64,000 nt of DNA from Salinivirgaceae bacterium (GTDB lineage: Bacteria > Bacteroidota > Bacteroidia > Bacteroidales > SZUA-534). Shown in pieces: positions 1 through 9,610 of the stretch (the stretch's first letter is position 1; each line of letters begins with the position of its first letter). The notes below the pieces were generated by a model that saw nothing but the letters and a program-made list of their open reading frames with translations, ran no database searches and was not told the origin of the DNA. Where the stretch lies: positions 32,001 through 96,000 of the forward strand of contig JAKSOL010000001.1 of the NCBI GenBank assembly GCA_024405635.1, given 5' to 3'. The translations under genes were made by a program, and so were the position numbers.

Positions 1-1085
1 TTATTGGCAAGTGTTTCGATATGGAGTTCCACGGAACAATGGGCTCGGTTGGAGGTAATCAATACAATGGTTCTGCAACCGATACGTTGAATTTCCGTTC
101 ACAATTGTTTATGGGTGGCGTTTCGGTTTATTACAATTTTAACCATTTGCTTATCCGTAAACGACCTATTCATCCTTATGTGTCGTTGGGTTTGGAGGTC
201 TTTCAGTTTTCGCCTAAGGGTGATTTGAAAGACAAAAACGGCAACTGCTACAATTATTGGAAAGACGGTTCAATTCGCGACGCTTCTGGTAATGTTATTT
301 CTCGCGATTACGAATACGAAACTGGATTGCGTGAACTGACTGACCAAAATTACTCAAAAACAACAGTTGCTATTCCTTTCGATTTGGGAGTTAACTTTAC
401 CATAACTAACCGTGTTACTTGCCGTACAGGTGCTGCAGTTCACGTGCTGATGTCTGATTATGTTGACAATGTTAAAGGTGGCAAGGGTTGGAAAAACGAT
501 ATTGTGATGAATACATACGTATCCTTGTCGGTTGACTTGTTCTCGTCTGATGAGGAGTTGGTGGCAGTTGAAAACTTCCGTAACTTGAAATTTACCGTAA
601 CCGACCATATGGACGAAGATGGCGATGGCGTTGATGACTTTAACGATGAGTGTCCAGGTACTCCTGCAAAAGTTAAGGTTTATCCTAATGGTTGCCCTGT
701 CGATAGCGACCACGATGGCGTTCCAGATTATCTTGACAAGCAAAAAGATACTCCAATTGGAAAAAATGTTGTGGTTGATGCCGATGGTGTAAAAATGTCA
801 GATTCACAAGTTATTTCATTATTGTATAATCCTGACGCTATTACTCGTAATAAAGTTAAGATATACAATGATGCAGCTGAAGCTGCTGCAACTGACTCAG
901 AAGAGGAGCAAGATGACGTAAAACAAAAGGGTATTCCTGATAAATTTAAGCATGTTGATATAAATGGAGACCGATATATTTCGCACGAGGAGTTGCAACT
1001 TGCTATTGATGCAATTTTTGAAGGAAAAAGCACACTTACTCCTGCTGATATCAGTGAGTTACAAGACTTCTTCTTTAAACAATAA
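1..1085 (+). CDS. Outer-membrane beta-barrel protein with TSP3-type Ca-binding repeats and a C-terminal EF-hand (5'-truncated by the window edge)
   Basis: The frame is open upstream of the ATG at 21. Alternating beta-strand pattern, then DEDGDGVDDFNDECPGTP...GCPVDSDHDGVPDYLD repeats and a DINGDRYISHEE EF-hand loop. Confidence 0.7.
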   Translation, partial: IGKCFDMEFHGTMGSVGGNQYNGSATDTLNFRSQLFMGGVSVYYNFNHLLIRKRPIHPYVSLGLEVFQFSPKGDLKDKNGNCYNYWKDGSIRDASGNVISRDYEYETGLRELTDQNYSKTTVAIPFDLGVNFTITNRVTCRTGAAVHVLMSDYVDNVKGGKGWKNDIVMNTYVSLSVDLFSSDEELVAVENFRNLKFTVTDHMDEDGDGVDDFNDECPGTPAKVKVYPNGCPVDSDHDGVPDYLDKQKDTPIGKNVVVDADGVKMSDSQVISLLYNPDAITRNKVKIYNDAAEAAATDSEEEQDDVKQKGIPDKFKHVDINGDRYISHEELQLAIDAIFEGKSTLTPADISELQDFFFKQ

Positions 1086-1103
1086 TCGGATTTTAACACA
1101 TAT

Positions 1104-1147
1104 AAAAAAGCCATCTGAATTTATTTTAGATGGCTTTTGTTTTTTTT
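1104..1147. terminator. Bidirectional intrinsic terminator between convergent ORF1 and smpB
   Basis: AAAAGCCATCTGAA-loop-TTTAGATGGCTTTT with flanking A and T tracts. Confidence 0.8.
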
Positions 1148-1162
1148 ATGTTGTAGTGATGA

Positions 1163-1618
1163 TTATCGTCGTTGTTTGCTAATTCTGTCTAATTCACGTT
1201 TGCTGTCACGTTGTTTAATGTCCTCTCGTTTGTCAAACACTTTCTTACCACGTGCTAGTCCTATCTCAATTTTAACTAGTCCTCGTTCGTTAATAAACAG
1301 CGAAATAGGGACAACAGTGAACCCTTTTTCTTTTATTTTCTTTTCCATTTTGTCCAACTCACGGCGGTTAAGCAATAGTTTTCGTTCGCGACGAGGCTCG
1401 TGGTTTGTGTATCCACCGTGGTCATATTCGGCAATGTACATGTTCTTAATAAACAATTCGCTATTTTGAAAAAAGCAGAATGTTTCAGTTAAACTTGCTT
1501 TGCCTGCCCTAATTGATTTTATTTCAGTTCCAGTGAGTTGCACTCCTGCTACAAACTTTTCAGTAATCTCGTACTGGAAAAATGCTCGTTTGTTGCGTAA
1601 CTTTATATCGTTTGCCAT
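1163..1618 (-). CDS. smpB: SsrA-binding protein SmpB
   Basis: NKRAFFQY, AGVQLTGTEIKSIR, HEPRRERKLLL and GLARGKKVFDKR motifs. Confidence 0.97.
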   Translation of the reverse strand: MANDIKLRNKRAFFQYEITEKFVAGVQLTGTEIKSIRAGKASLTETFCFFQNSELFIKNMYIAEYDHGGYTNHEPRRERKLLLNRRELDKMEKKIKEKGFTVVPISLFINERGLVKIEIGLARGKKVFDKREDIKQRDSKRELDRISKQRR

Positions 1619-1627
1619 AATGCTTTC

Positions 1628-2191
1628 TTATAATAAGGTTTTGCAGAGGTTGAGTGTCATTGTATAACTCAACAACATTAGTATAAAGGAAAAAACTATT
1701 TTAAAAATGTTGGTTCTGCTTAAGTTTGGTTGTTTACTTTTTATTATTTGCCAAAGAATAAATAGCGAGTATAAACCAAAGCAGGTTATCATTGCTGAAA
1801 GTTGATATAATATGCAAGCCACAATGTTAGTTGTAAACATTGGTAATGATGCGTATTCAACCCAATACAACGATTGTTTATAATTACTATTACCTACTAT
1901 CGATGATAGTAGTTTGTTTAGTATAATGCTACTAATTAATATGGTAGTAAATTGAGCAATTACAATGGGTAATACTTGTGATGTAATTATTGTTAAGTTG
2001 CTTGTGTTGCCAATCTCCCAAATAAATCGGCATAAAAAATTGAATATAAACGAAATGGCAAGCAAAGGCATAATTACTTTAACAAGCATTGCTATGGGTT
2101 GTGGCGATGTGCTTATAAAGTTTGTTACCGAACTTTGCGGCGAGCGAAATTGCTCTATAATGGTTCTATATAATGCTTTCGGATTCATCAA
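1628..2191 (-). CDS. Yip1-like multi-pass membrane protein
   Basis: About five hydrophobic helices and a YASLP motif; this position between smpB and miaA is typical in Bacteroidales. Confidence 0.55.
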   Translation of the reverse strand: MMNPKALYRTIIEQFRSPQSSVTNFISTSPQPIAMLVKVIMPLLAISFIFNFLCRFIWEIGNTSNLTIITSQVLPIVIAQFTTILISSIILNKLLSSIVGNSNYKQSLYWVEYASLPMFTTNIVACILYQLSAMITCFGLYSLFILWQIIKSKQPNLSRTNIFKIVFSFILMLLSYTMTLNLCKTLL

Positions 2192-2257
2192 TCTAAAATA
2201 TCACTGCGAAAATAATCTAAATTTGCAACTATTAGGAACAAAGACACTCCTCTCAAT

Positions 2258-3178
2258 ATGAACTATAACGGAAAACTAATTACCATTTTAGGCCCAACGG
2301 CCACAGGTAAAACTGCACTTGCGGCTGCTTTGGCGGCAAAACTCGATGCTGAAATTATCAGTGCAGATTCGCGACAGGTTTACCGATCAATGGATTTAGG
2401 TACAGGAAAGGATTTGGGCGATTATATTGTAGATGGAAAGCATATTCCTTATTATTTAATTGACATTGCAGAGCCAGGTTATAAGTACAATGTATTTGAA
2501 TATCAGCGCGATTTCCATTCTGTTTATGAGTCGATTGTTAGTAGGAGGGTTCAGCCTATTCTTTGTGGAGGTACAGGGTTGTATATTGAAGCTGTGCTGA
2601 AAGGCTATCAAATGACCGATGTGCCTGTAAACCAAAAACTTCGTGATGAACTTGAACAATATAGTTTGGAACAACTTACGCAGATGCTTGGCGAGTTGAA
2701 ACCGTTGCATAACACGTCGGATACCGATACAAAAAAAAGAGCTATACGTGGAATTGAAATTGCAATGTATCAGCGCGATAATAAGGAACAATTGCCCGAT
2801 AGAAAGCCTATTGATAGCGTAATATTTGGCATTAACACACCACGTGAAATAGTTATCGATCGTATTAACAAGCGTCTTGTGCAACGCTTGAACGATGGCA
2901 TGATTGATGAAGTGAAAATGTTGCTTGAAAGAGGTATTGCTCCTCAAGATTTAATTTACTATGGACTTGAGTACAAGTTCGTAACACAGTTCTTAACAGG
3001 CGAAATTTCGTACGATTTTATGGTTGAACATTTGGCTATTGCTATTCGTCAATTTGCTAAACGTCAAATGACTTGGTTTCGCCACATGGAACGTAATGGA
3101 TTTAATATAAATTGGATTGATGGAACCTTGCCTTTAGAGCAAAAGGTTGATGCAGTTTTGCAAGTTTTGAATAAATAG
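2258..3178 (+). CDS. miaA: tRNA dimethylallyltransferase
   Basis: GPTATGKT P-loop, SADSRQVY, GGTGLY and AKRQMTWF. Confidence 0.96.
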   Translation: MNYNGKLITILGPTATGKTALAAALAAKLDAEIISADSRQVYRSMDLGTGKDLGDYIVDGKHIPYYLIDIAEPGYKYNVFEYQRDFHSVYESIVSRRVQPILCGGTGLYIEAVLKGYQMTDVPVNQKLRDELEQYSLEQLTQMLGELKPLHNTSDTDTKKRAIRGIEIAMYQRDNKEQLPDRKPIDSVIFGINTPREIVIDRINKRLVQRLNDGMIDEVKMLLERGIAPQDLIYYGLEYKFVTQFLTGEISYDFMVEHLAIAIRQFAKRQMTWFRHMERNGFNINWIDGTLPLEQKVDAVLQVLNK

Positions 3179-3245
3179 TCGTTTCGTATCAAAAATTCAA
3201 TTTTGATTACAAAAATCAGATTTCATTTGTTATTAAATGGTGAGA

Positions 3246-4190
3246 TTAATGTCTTGATCCCCAGTCAAAGGCTATGCCCGTGATAAAGTGAGTAAAACTG
3301 TCGTAACAAACGAATCCTTCAACTCCTACAAAAAAACTGAGTTTGTTTATTCTGTATCCAGCTGATGGTCGTGTATATAATCCTCTACAATCTGTTGAAA
3401 ATATACCGAGTCTCAGTTCCGCAAATGGGCTATTCTTTTCTGCTTTGAACTCATATCGAGTAGTTCCAAAAACTTTGGCTTCTGCTGCATTGTGTACTTC
3501 CATAGCGTACAAAGCAACAAGATTAAAACCAAGACCGGCTCCAATAAATAAATGTGGATTAAATTGGTATCCGTGGGTTATTGATGGTCCTAAGTTTTTT
3601 TCTCCTATTGTTCCTTCTGCAATTCCTCTATATCCTTTATTTGGGTAATTGATGTGTTTGTCAATAATTTCTATATCAACATCATTTGTTGAAGGAGAAT
3701 TATGATATCTCGCTTTCCAGTCAATAGATATGCCCGCAATTAACGAAGGGTTATTTGAGTAAGGACAAAGGGCAAATCCTCCAAAAAAATTAAAATGATT
3801 GACACGAACACCATATACACTCCTAAAATGAGCGGCTCCTCCAAATGTTATGCATCCACCAAGTTGTAAATCGATATATGGTGAAACTTTTTCATTTTTG
3901 AATTCGTACCTAGTATCAACAAATCCTACGATACCAACTAAATCTGCTTCCCATTCTGCTACATAAAAAGGCAATCCGCCGCCCAAACCAACAAACCATT
4001 TGTCGTTTTTCTTCAATTGCCTTCCGTGAATTGTAGTTAATGTGTAGTATAATTCTCCATCAGTGTTTAATGTGAACGATAAGTCGCCAAATGCTCGGTA
4101 TCCGTATCTAAGGTATTTGGTCTCTTCACTTTGTGCGCTAACCGAAATTAAGACAAAACTTGCAAGTAAGAGTAGTAATACGCGTTTCAT
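3246..4190 (-). CDS. Outer-membrane protein with two tandem homologous beta-barrel-like domains
   Basis: Signal peptide. Internal duplication: GYRAF..HGRQL..FVGLGGG..TRYEFK..SPY..LG..GISIDW versus GYRGI..HGYQF..FIGAGLG..TRYEFK..SPF..LG..GIAFDW. Confidence 0.65.
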   Translation of the reverse strand: MKRVLLLLLASFVLISVSAQSEETKYLRYGYRAFGDLSFTLNTDGELYYTLTTIHGRQLKKNDKWFVGLGGGLPFYVAEWEADLVGIVGFVDTRYEFKNEKVSPYIDLQLGGCITFGGAAHFRSVYGVRVNHFNFFGGFALCPYSNNPSLIAGISIDWKARYHNSPSTNDVDIEIIDKHINYPNKGYRGIAEGTIGEKNLGPSITHGYQFNPHLFIGAGLGFNLVALYAMEVHNAAEAKVFGTTRYEFKAEKNSPFAELRLGIFSTDCRGLYTRPSAGYRINKLSFFVGVEGFVCYDSFTHFITGIAFDWGSRH

Positions 4191-4238
4191 AAATTTTTGT
4201 GGTTAAAAAGGTTGTGGCAATTTATTGATTTTATCAAT

Positions 4239-4278
4239 AAAAAAAGTCGCCCTTTTTGTGAAAAAGAACGACTTTTTT
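4239..4278 (-). terminator. Intrinsic terminator downstream of prfC
   Basis: AAAAAAGTCG..CTTTTT-GTG-AAAAAG..CGACTTTTTT hairpin. Confidence 0.65.
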
Positions 4279-4296
4279 GGTTGTTATGTTTTTTTA

Positions 4297-5877
4297 TTAA
4301 AACTCCGAAGTGAAGAAGAATTCAAGTCCTTTGAATTTTTCTTGTGCCATTTGAAGTTCGTAAGCCGATTCGGCCAAATAAACATCGCGGTCGTATTTGT
4401 CTTTAGCAATCGATTTGAATTTACGTTTCTTAAAATCTTCCCATTCGGCTTTGTCGTTTGGACGAACCCAGCAAGCTTTGTATAGGCTAGCAGGCTCGTA
4501 TCGGCATTGTGCTCCGTACTCGTGTAGTAATCGGTATTCAATAACCTCAAATTGTAGTGCTCCAACAGTTCCAATAATCTTGCGGCCGTTCATTGTTAAG
4601 GTAAACAATTGTGCTACACCTTCGTCCATTAGTTGGTCAATGCCTTTGGCTAGTTGTTTGGCTTTCATTGGGTCGCTGTTTTCAATGTAGCGGAACATCT
4701 CTGGCGAAAAACTTGGAAGTCCTTTAAAGTGCATGTTTTCGCCTTCGGTTAAAGTGTCGCCAATTTTAAAGTTTCCAGTGTCGTGCAAACCAATAATGTC
4801 GCCAGCATAAGCTTCTTCAACCACCGATGTTTTTTGTGCCATAAATGCGGTTGGACTCGAGAATTTTAGTTGTCGGCCAAGTTGCACGTGAGTGTAGTTG
4901 GTGTTTCGGTGGAATGTACCTGAGCATATTTTTACAAAAGCAATGCGGTCGCGGTGGTTGGGGTCCATGTTTGCGTGAATTTTGAAAACAAATCCGCTGA
5001 ACTTGTCTTCGTATGGACTAACTTGACGTTCAATAGTTTGCGATGGTTGTGGCGATGGTGCAATGCGAATAAACGATTCAAGCAACTCTTTAACACCAAA
5101 ATTGTAAAGCGCACTACCAAAAAATATTGGAGCAACTTTGGCATCAAGGTATTCTTGGTTGTCAAAAGTTGGATAAACACCGGTAATTAAATCAAGGTCT
5201 TCGCGTAGTTTTTCAGCATTTCGTTCGCCAAGTTTTTTGTCAACCTCAGGAGCGTTAATGTCTTTAAACTCTTGTGGTTCTTCGGCTTTCGTCTTATCAT
5301 CGCCGCTAAAATAGTACATCTTGCGGTCAAGAATATTGTAAACGCCTTGTAAGCGTTGTCCCATTCCAACAGGCCAACTTAAAGGGTGAACATGTATTTC
5401 AAGTTGTTTTTCAATTTCGTCAAGCAAGTCAAAAGGGTCTTTGCCTTCGCGGTCAACTTTGTTTACAAACACAATAACTGGAGTTTTGCGCATTCGGCAA
5501 ACTTTCATCAGTTTTTCAGTTTGTGCCTCAACGCCTTTTGCGGCATCAACCACCACAATTACACTGTCAACTGCAGTTAGCGTGCGGAAAGTGTCCTCGG
5601 CAAAATCTTGGTGACCAGGGGTGTCAAGAATATTGATTTTTACGCCATCGTATTCAAATCCCATAACCGAAGTTGCAACCGAAATACCACGTTGGCGCTC
5701 TATTTCCATAAAGTCCGATGTGGCAGTTTTTTTAATTTTATTCGATTTTACGGCTCCAGCTACGTGAATGGCGCCACCAAATAGCAACAATTTTTCGGTT
5801 AATGTTGTTTTACCTGCATCAGGGTGGCTTACAATTGCAAATGTGCGTCGGCGTTCAATTTCTTCTTTTAAACTCAT
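4297..5877 (-). CDS. prfC: Peptide chain release factor 3
   Basis: RRTFAIVSHPDAGKTT, ERQRGISV, DTPGHQDF, NKVD and GALQFEV; the ATG at 5877 is preferred as start. Confidence 0.97.
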   Translation of the reverse strand: MSLKEEIERRRTFAIVSHPDAGKTTLTEKLLLFGGAIHVAGAVKSNKIKKTATSDFMEIERQRGISVATSVMGFEYDGVKINILDTPGHQDFAEDTFRTLTAVDSVIVVVDAAKGVEAQTEKLMKVCRMRKTPVIVFVNKVDREGKDPFDLLDEIEKQLEIHVHPLSWPVGMGQRLQGVYNILDRKMYYFSGDDKTKAEEPQEFKDINAPEVDKKLGERNAEKLREDLDLITGVYPTFDNQEYLDAKVAPIFFGSALYNFGVKELLESFIRIAPSPQPSQTIERQVSPYEDKFSGFVFKIHANMDPNHRDRIAFVKICSGTFHRNTNYTHVQLGRQLKFSSPTAFMAQKTSVVEEAYAGDIIGLHDTGNFKIGDTLTEGENMHFKGLPSFSPEMFRYIENSDPMKAKQLAKGIDQLMDEGVAQLFTLTMNGRKIIGTVGALQFEVIEYRLLHEYGAQCRYEPASLYKACWVRPNDKAEWEDFKKRKFKSIAKDKYDRDVYLAESAYELQMAQEKFKGLEFFFTSEF

Positions 5878-5883
5878 AATCAA

Positions 5884-6243
5884 TTACTTACTCGGATATA
5901 CATATTTAATGTTGATGCTTCGCTCATTTTCTTCTTCTTCCGAATCGTCAAACTCTTCATCGTCATCAAACTCTTCGTCATCATCATCATCATCTTCTTC
6001 TTGGTCGCGATATATTGATTCTTGTGCGTCATATTCATCGTACATAAAATCAATAGCTTCGCTCACAAGTTCGTCAATCTGTTCTTGGGTTAACTTTGGT
6101 TCGTCAATCCAATAGAGTGTGCAGTCCGATTCAAAATCTTCTTCGTCGCCTTCTAAAACAAATCGTGGAGCTTCATTATGAACTACATATAAGTAGCCGA
6201 TGCGCTCTTGATTGTTCTCGGCAAGCATGAATTTAGGTAGCAT
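5884..6243 (-). CDS. Small acidic hypothetical protein, co-transcribed with prfC
   Basis: MLPKFMLAEN...YVVHNEAPRF N-terminus and a long Asp/Glu tail; a TAnnTTTG box lies upstream. Confidence 0.7.
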   Translation of the reverse strand: MLPKFMLAENNQERIGYLYVVHNEAPRFVLEGDEEDFESDCTLYWIDEPKLTQEQIDELVSEAIDFMYDEYDAQESIYRDQEEDDDDDDEEFDDDEEFDDSEEEENERSINIKYVYPSK

Positions 6244-6319
6244 CTTTTTTCTGTTTTTTAGCGGCGCAAATATAGTTCATTCCTTATCTCAACCCAATGT
6301 GTGTAGGCTCTTATATGGC

Positions 6320-6355
6320 AAAAAAAAATCCCCGCACCATTTGGTGCGAGGATTT
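6320..6355 (-). terminator. Intrinsic terminator downstream of the 6378-6923 gene
   Basis: AAATCCCCGCACCA-TT-TGGTGCGAGGATTT with an A9 tract (U tract on the minus strand). Confidence 0.75.
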
Positions 6356-6377
6356 CTATTAGTTGTTATTCAGATTA

Positions 6378-6923
6378 TTAGAATTTGAACGATACACCAA
6401 GATTCATTTGGCTAAGTTCGCAACCCTCAATAATTTCAGCTGAAAGAGCCAATTTGTCGGTAACAAAGAAACGGCAACCTACAATACCTGCACCTTGGAA
6501 TACAACATCGGTGTCATCATCACCGTGAGCTTCGTTTCCGTGCCATTCATATTTCCAAGAGCGGAATGCTATACCTGATGCAGCACCTGCATGAACTTCA
6601 AATTTGTTGGTGATGTTCAAGCCATAAGTTGCGCGAGCCATTACTGCAGTGCTAGACCATTTTTCTTCGTATTTGTAACCCCAACCATTGTAATCTTCAG
6701 TTCTTGTGCTGAAACCTGCCATACCACCAATGGTGAAGTGGCCTTTCCACCATGAGTTAACCAATACATAGTCGCCAGATACGTTAATACCTACACCTGG
6801 TACAAAACCTACAAAAGCGTTCAAGTTGAAGTCGCCTACGTTGTTTGGATTTTCAATTGCAGAAGCATTGAAAGATGCCAAACTCAATACTGCAGCCATT
6901 GCTGCTAAAACAAGTTTTTTCAT
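6378..6923 (-). CDS. Small outer-membrane beta-barrel protein
   Basis: Signal peptide, amphipathic strands and a C-terminal LGVSFKF BAM signal. Confidence 0.8.
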   Translation of the reverse strand: MKKLVLAAMAAVLSLASFNASAIENPNNVGDFNLNAFVGFVPGVGINVSGDYVLVNSWWKGHFTIGGMAGFSTRTEDYNGWGYKYEEKWSSTAVMARATYGLNITNKFEVHAGAASGIAFRSWKYEWHGNEAHGDDDTDVVFQGAGIVGCRFFVTDKLALSAEIIEGCELSQMNLGVSFKF

Positions 6924-7166
6924 TTTTAATAGATTTAAGTAAATGTAAATATTTGATAATTAAATTATTAATCGTTTGCGCGTTTGTTTTGTTATCTTTC
7001 ATCGACTACAAAAGTATTGCAAACTTTAAACTTTCAATAAGCAAAACATGCTTTTTTGACTAATAGCAAAGCAATGTATTTTCGTATATTGATAATAGTC
7101 ATAAAACTTATGTTATTGCTATTTAATAAGAGATTGAGAAAATAATGTTTGGAAAGAATGGAAAAT

Positions 7167-7200
7167 AAAAAAAAGACTCAACCTTGCGGTCAAGTCTTTT
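7167..7200 (-). terminator. Probable terminator downstream of tRNA-Pro
   Basis: AAAAGACT..ACC-loop-GGT..AGTCTTTT with an A tract. Confidence 0.55.
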
Positions 7201-7207
7201 AAAAGTG

Positions 7208-7282
7208 TCGGGGTAGCAGGATTCGAACCTGCGACCTCCTGCTCCCAAAGCAGGCACACTAACCGGGCTGTGCTATGCCCCG
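7208..7282 (-). tRNA. tRNA-Pro(TGG); CCA end not encoded
   Basis: Reverse complement reads CGGGGCATAGCACAGCCCGGTTAGTGTGCCTGCTTTGGGAGCAGGAGGTCGCAGGTTCGAATCCTGCTACCCCGA. Anticodon arm CCTGC-TTTGGGA-GCAGG; T-loop GTTCGAAT. Confidence 0.96.
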
Positions 7283-7302
7283 CGCTTTTCATTTAAGCGT
7301 TG

Positions 7303-7310
7303 CAAAAGTA
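7303..7310 (-). promoter_or_regulatory. Bacteroidota -7 promoter box for tRNA-Pro
   Basis: TACTTTTG matches TAnnTTTG about 20 nt upstream of the tRNA. Confidence 0.7.
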
Positions 7311-7413
7311 GTGCTTAATTTTATTCGTGCAATAGCTTTTTTAAAAAAGTTGCAAAAATTTTTGCTTTGACATTTTTTTCTGAAACTTTGGCTCGCAAAG
7401 CTTTTTCATAATT

Positions 7414-9258
7414 ATGTGTGGGATTGTTGGTATATATTGCAATAACTCAATTAATTACGAGGTCCAACTTGGACAAATGATGGACTCAATTGTTCATCGT
7501 GGACCTGATGCTGCTGGCCAATATGTTGGTAAAAAAGTGTTGCTGGGGCACCGTAGGTTGAGTATTATCGACCTTTCTGATCGCGCAAATCAGCCGATGT
7601 TTTCTCATTCTGGGCGCACTGTTATGGTTTTTAATGGTGAGGTTTATAATTATCGTGAAATTGCTTCGCAACTCAACATAAGCACAAATACACATTCTGA
7701 TTCAGAGGTCATAGTTGAAGCTTTTGAGCAACTTGGGCCAGATTTTGTAAAAATGCTCAATGGAATGTTTTCAATAGTGTTTTGCGATGTTGAAACCCAA
7801 CGTCTTTTTTTCTTCCGCGATCGTTTGGGTGTAAAACCTCTGTTTTATTATCAGCAAAATGGAGTTTTTGCTTTTGCATCAGAATTGAAGGCGATTGAAA
7901 AATTGTCTGATTTTCAGTGTAATAAATCAATAAACAAATCGGCAGTTGGACAGTTTTTGCACTTGGGTTACATTCCTCAACCTAATACTATATATAATAA
8001 TGTGTATAAGTTTCCACAAGGTTGTTGGGCAGAGTATGATGGCTCCGATTTACATGTACACAACTATTGGTCGCTGAATGATTTTGTTGATAATCCAGTA
8101 TTTACAAGTGAAACGCCAGCGCTTGATTATCTGCAAGAGTTGATTGAGAGTTCGGTGTCATATAGGTTGATTGCTGATGTGCCTTTTGGCACTTTTTTGA
8201 GCGGAGGTATTGACAGTTCTTTGGTGACTGCGGTGGCCAATAAGGTATCTGGTGGTGGGTTGAATACTTTTTCAATAGGTTTTGATGATGCTAAGCACGA
8301 TGAGTCAGAAAAAGCTCGTGCAGTAGCAAAGGCATTGGGTACTAATCATCATGAATATCGAATGACTCGCCATGATGCTATTGATCAAATTGCCGACATG
8401 TTTTCTTATTACGACGAGCCGTATGCCGATTCGTCGGCTTTGCCAAGTATGTTAGTTTCAAAAATGGCTCGTCAACAGGTTACTATGGTTCTTACCGGCG
8501 ATGGTGGCGACGAGTTGTTTATGGGTTATGGCATGTATAATTGGGCTCAAAGGTTGCAAAATCCATTGGCGCGCACTTTAAGAAAACCGATTTATTTGGC
8601 ATCGAAACTATTGAACGATAGGTGGAAACGCATAGGCTTAATGTTTGATTGGCAAAAAGACGATTTTCTTCCGTCGCATATTTTTTCGCAAGAGCAGTAT
8701 TTATTCTCAGCAAACGATTTGCAACGATTTGTTGGCAATAAACCTGATGTGACGGCAATGGTTAAGGGGTTGTCGGAGGTTGATCATTTGACGGCTGCTG
8801 AGCTGCAGTCGGTTTTTGATATGCTATATTATTTGCCAGACGATTTGTTGACAAAAGTAGATAGGGCATCGATGCGTTATTCGCTAGAGTCGAGAGTGCC
8901 GTTGCTTGATTATCGTGTTGTTGAGTTTGCGGCAGGGGTACCGGTTAATATGAAAATACGCAACGGAGAGCAGAAGTATCTTCTTAAACAATTGCTGTAT
9001 AGGTATTTGCCTAAAGAATTGTTTAATGCTCCAAAGTGGGGGTTCAGCGTTCCTTTGGCCGATTGGTTACTTAATGAATTGCTGCCTTTACGTGAAAAGT
9101 ATTTGAATCGAGATTTAGTAGAATCGGCTGGTTTAGTCGATTATAGTAGTGTAGAGGAAATGTGTAGCAGGTTTTATTTCGAAGGACAACGCCATTTGTA
9201 TAATCGCGTTTGGGCGTTGATTTGTTTGCATCAGTGGTATGCAAATAGAATGATGTAG
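7414..9258 (+). CDS. asnB: Asparagine synthase (glutamine-hydrolysing) / class II amidotransferase, possibly polysaccharide-related
   Basis: MCGI N-terminal nucleophile, HRGPD, HRRLSIIDL, FNGEVYN, LSGGIDSS and GDGGDELF. Confidence 0.92.
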   Translation: MCGIVGIYCNNSINYEVQLGQMMDSIVHRGPDAAGQYVGKKVLLGHRRLSIIDLSDRANQPMFSHSGRTVMVFNGEVYNYREIASQLNISTNTHSDSEVIVEAFEQLGPDFVKMLNGMFSIVFCDVETQRLFFFRDRLGVKPLFYYQQNGVFAFASELKAIEKLSDFQCNKSINKSAVGQFLHLGYIPQPNTIYNNVYKFPQGCWAEYDGSDLHVHNYWSLNDFVDNPVFTSETPALDYLQELIESSVSYRLIADVPFGTFLSGGIDSSLVTAVANKVSGGGLNTFSIGFDDAKHDESEKARAVAKALGTNHHEYRMTRHDAIDQIADMFSYYDEPYADSSALPSMLVSKMARQQVTMVLTGDGGDELFMGYGMYNWAQRLQNPLARTLRKPIYLASKLLNDRWKRIGLMFDWQKDDFLPSHIFSQEQYLFSANDLQRFVGNKPDVTAMVKGLSEVDHLTAAELQSVFDMLYYLPDDLLTKVDRASMRYSLESRVPLLDYRVVEFAAGVPVNMKIRNGEQKYLLKQLLYRYLPKELFNAPKWGFSVPLADWLLNELLPLREKYLNRDLVESAGLVDYSSVEEMCSRFYFEGQRHLYNRVWALICLHQWYANRMM

Positions 9259-9610
9259 TTTTCATTTTTTTCTTTTCCCCTTTTTTAGTGCGCGCGTAAT
9301 GTGTTGTACTTCAATTATTTGTGCACTATACTTTTCGGTGAGATGCTTTGATTTTGTGGTTTAAAGAGCCGCAAGTGGTGTTTTTGTGTCTGTTTGCGTG
9401 TTAGTAACTTTGTTAATATCGTGTTTATTGTAAGGATTGTCAAACGTTTTATTTGTGTTGAGTTTTTGTTTAGTAATAGTTATGATTTTTGCGCTGATTT
9501 TGTTGCAAATATTCAAGTTCTTGAAAAACAATTACTTTTTTGCTGCGAATGACTTGCATTTTTGATTGATGGCGCATATCTTCGTGCCGTTTTTTCAAAA
9601 CAATTTTTAT

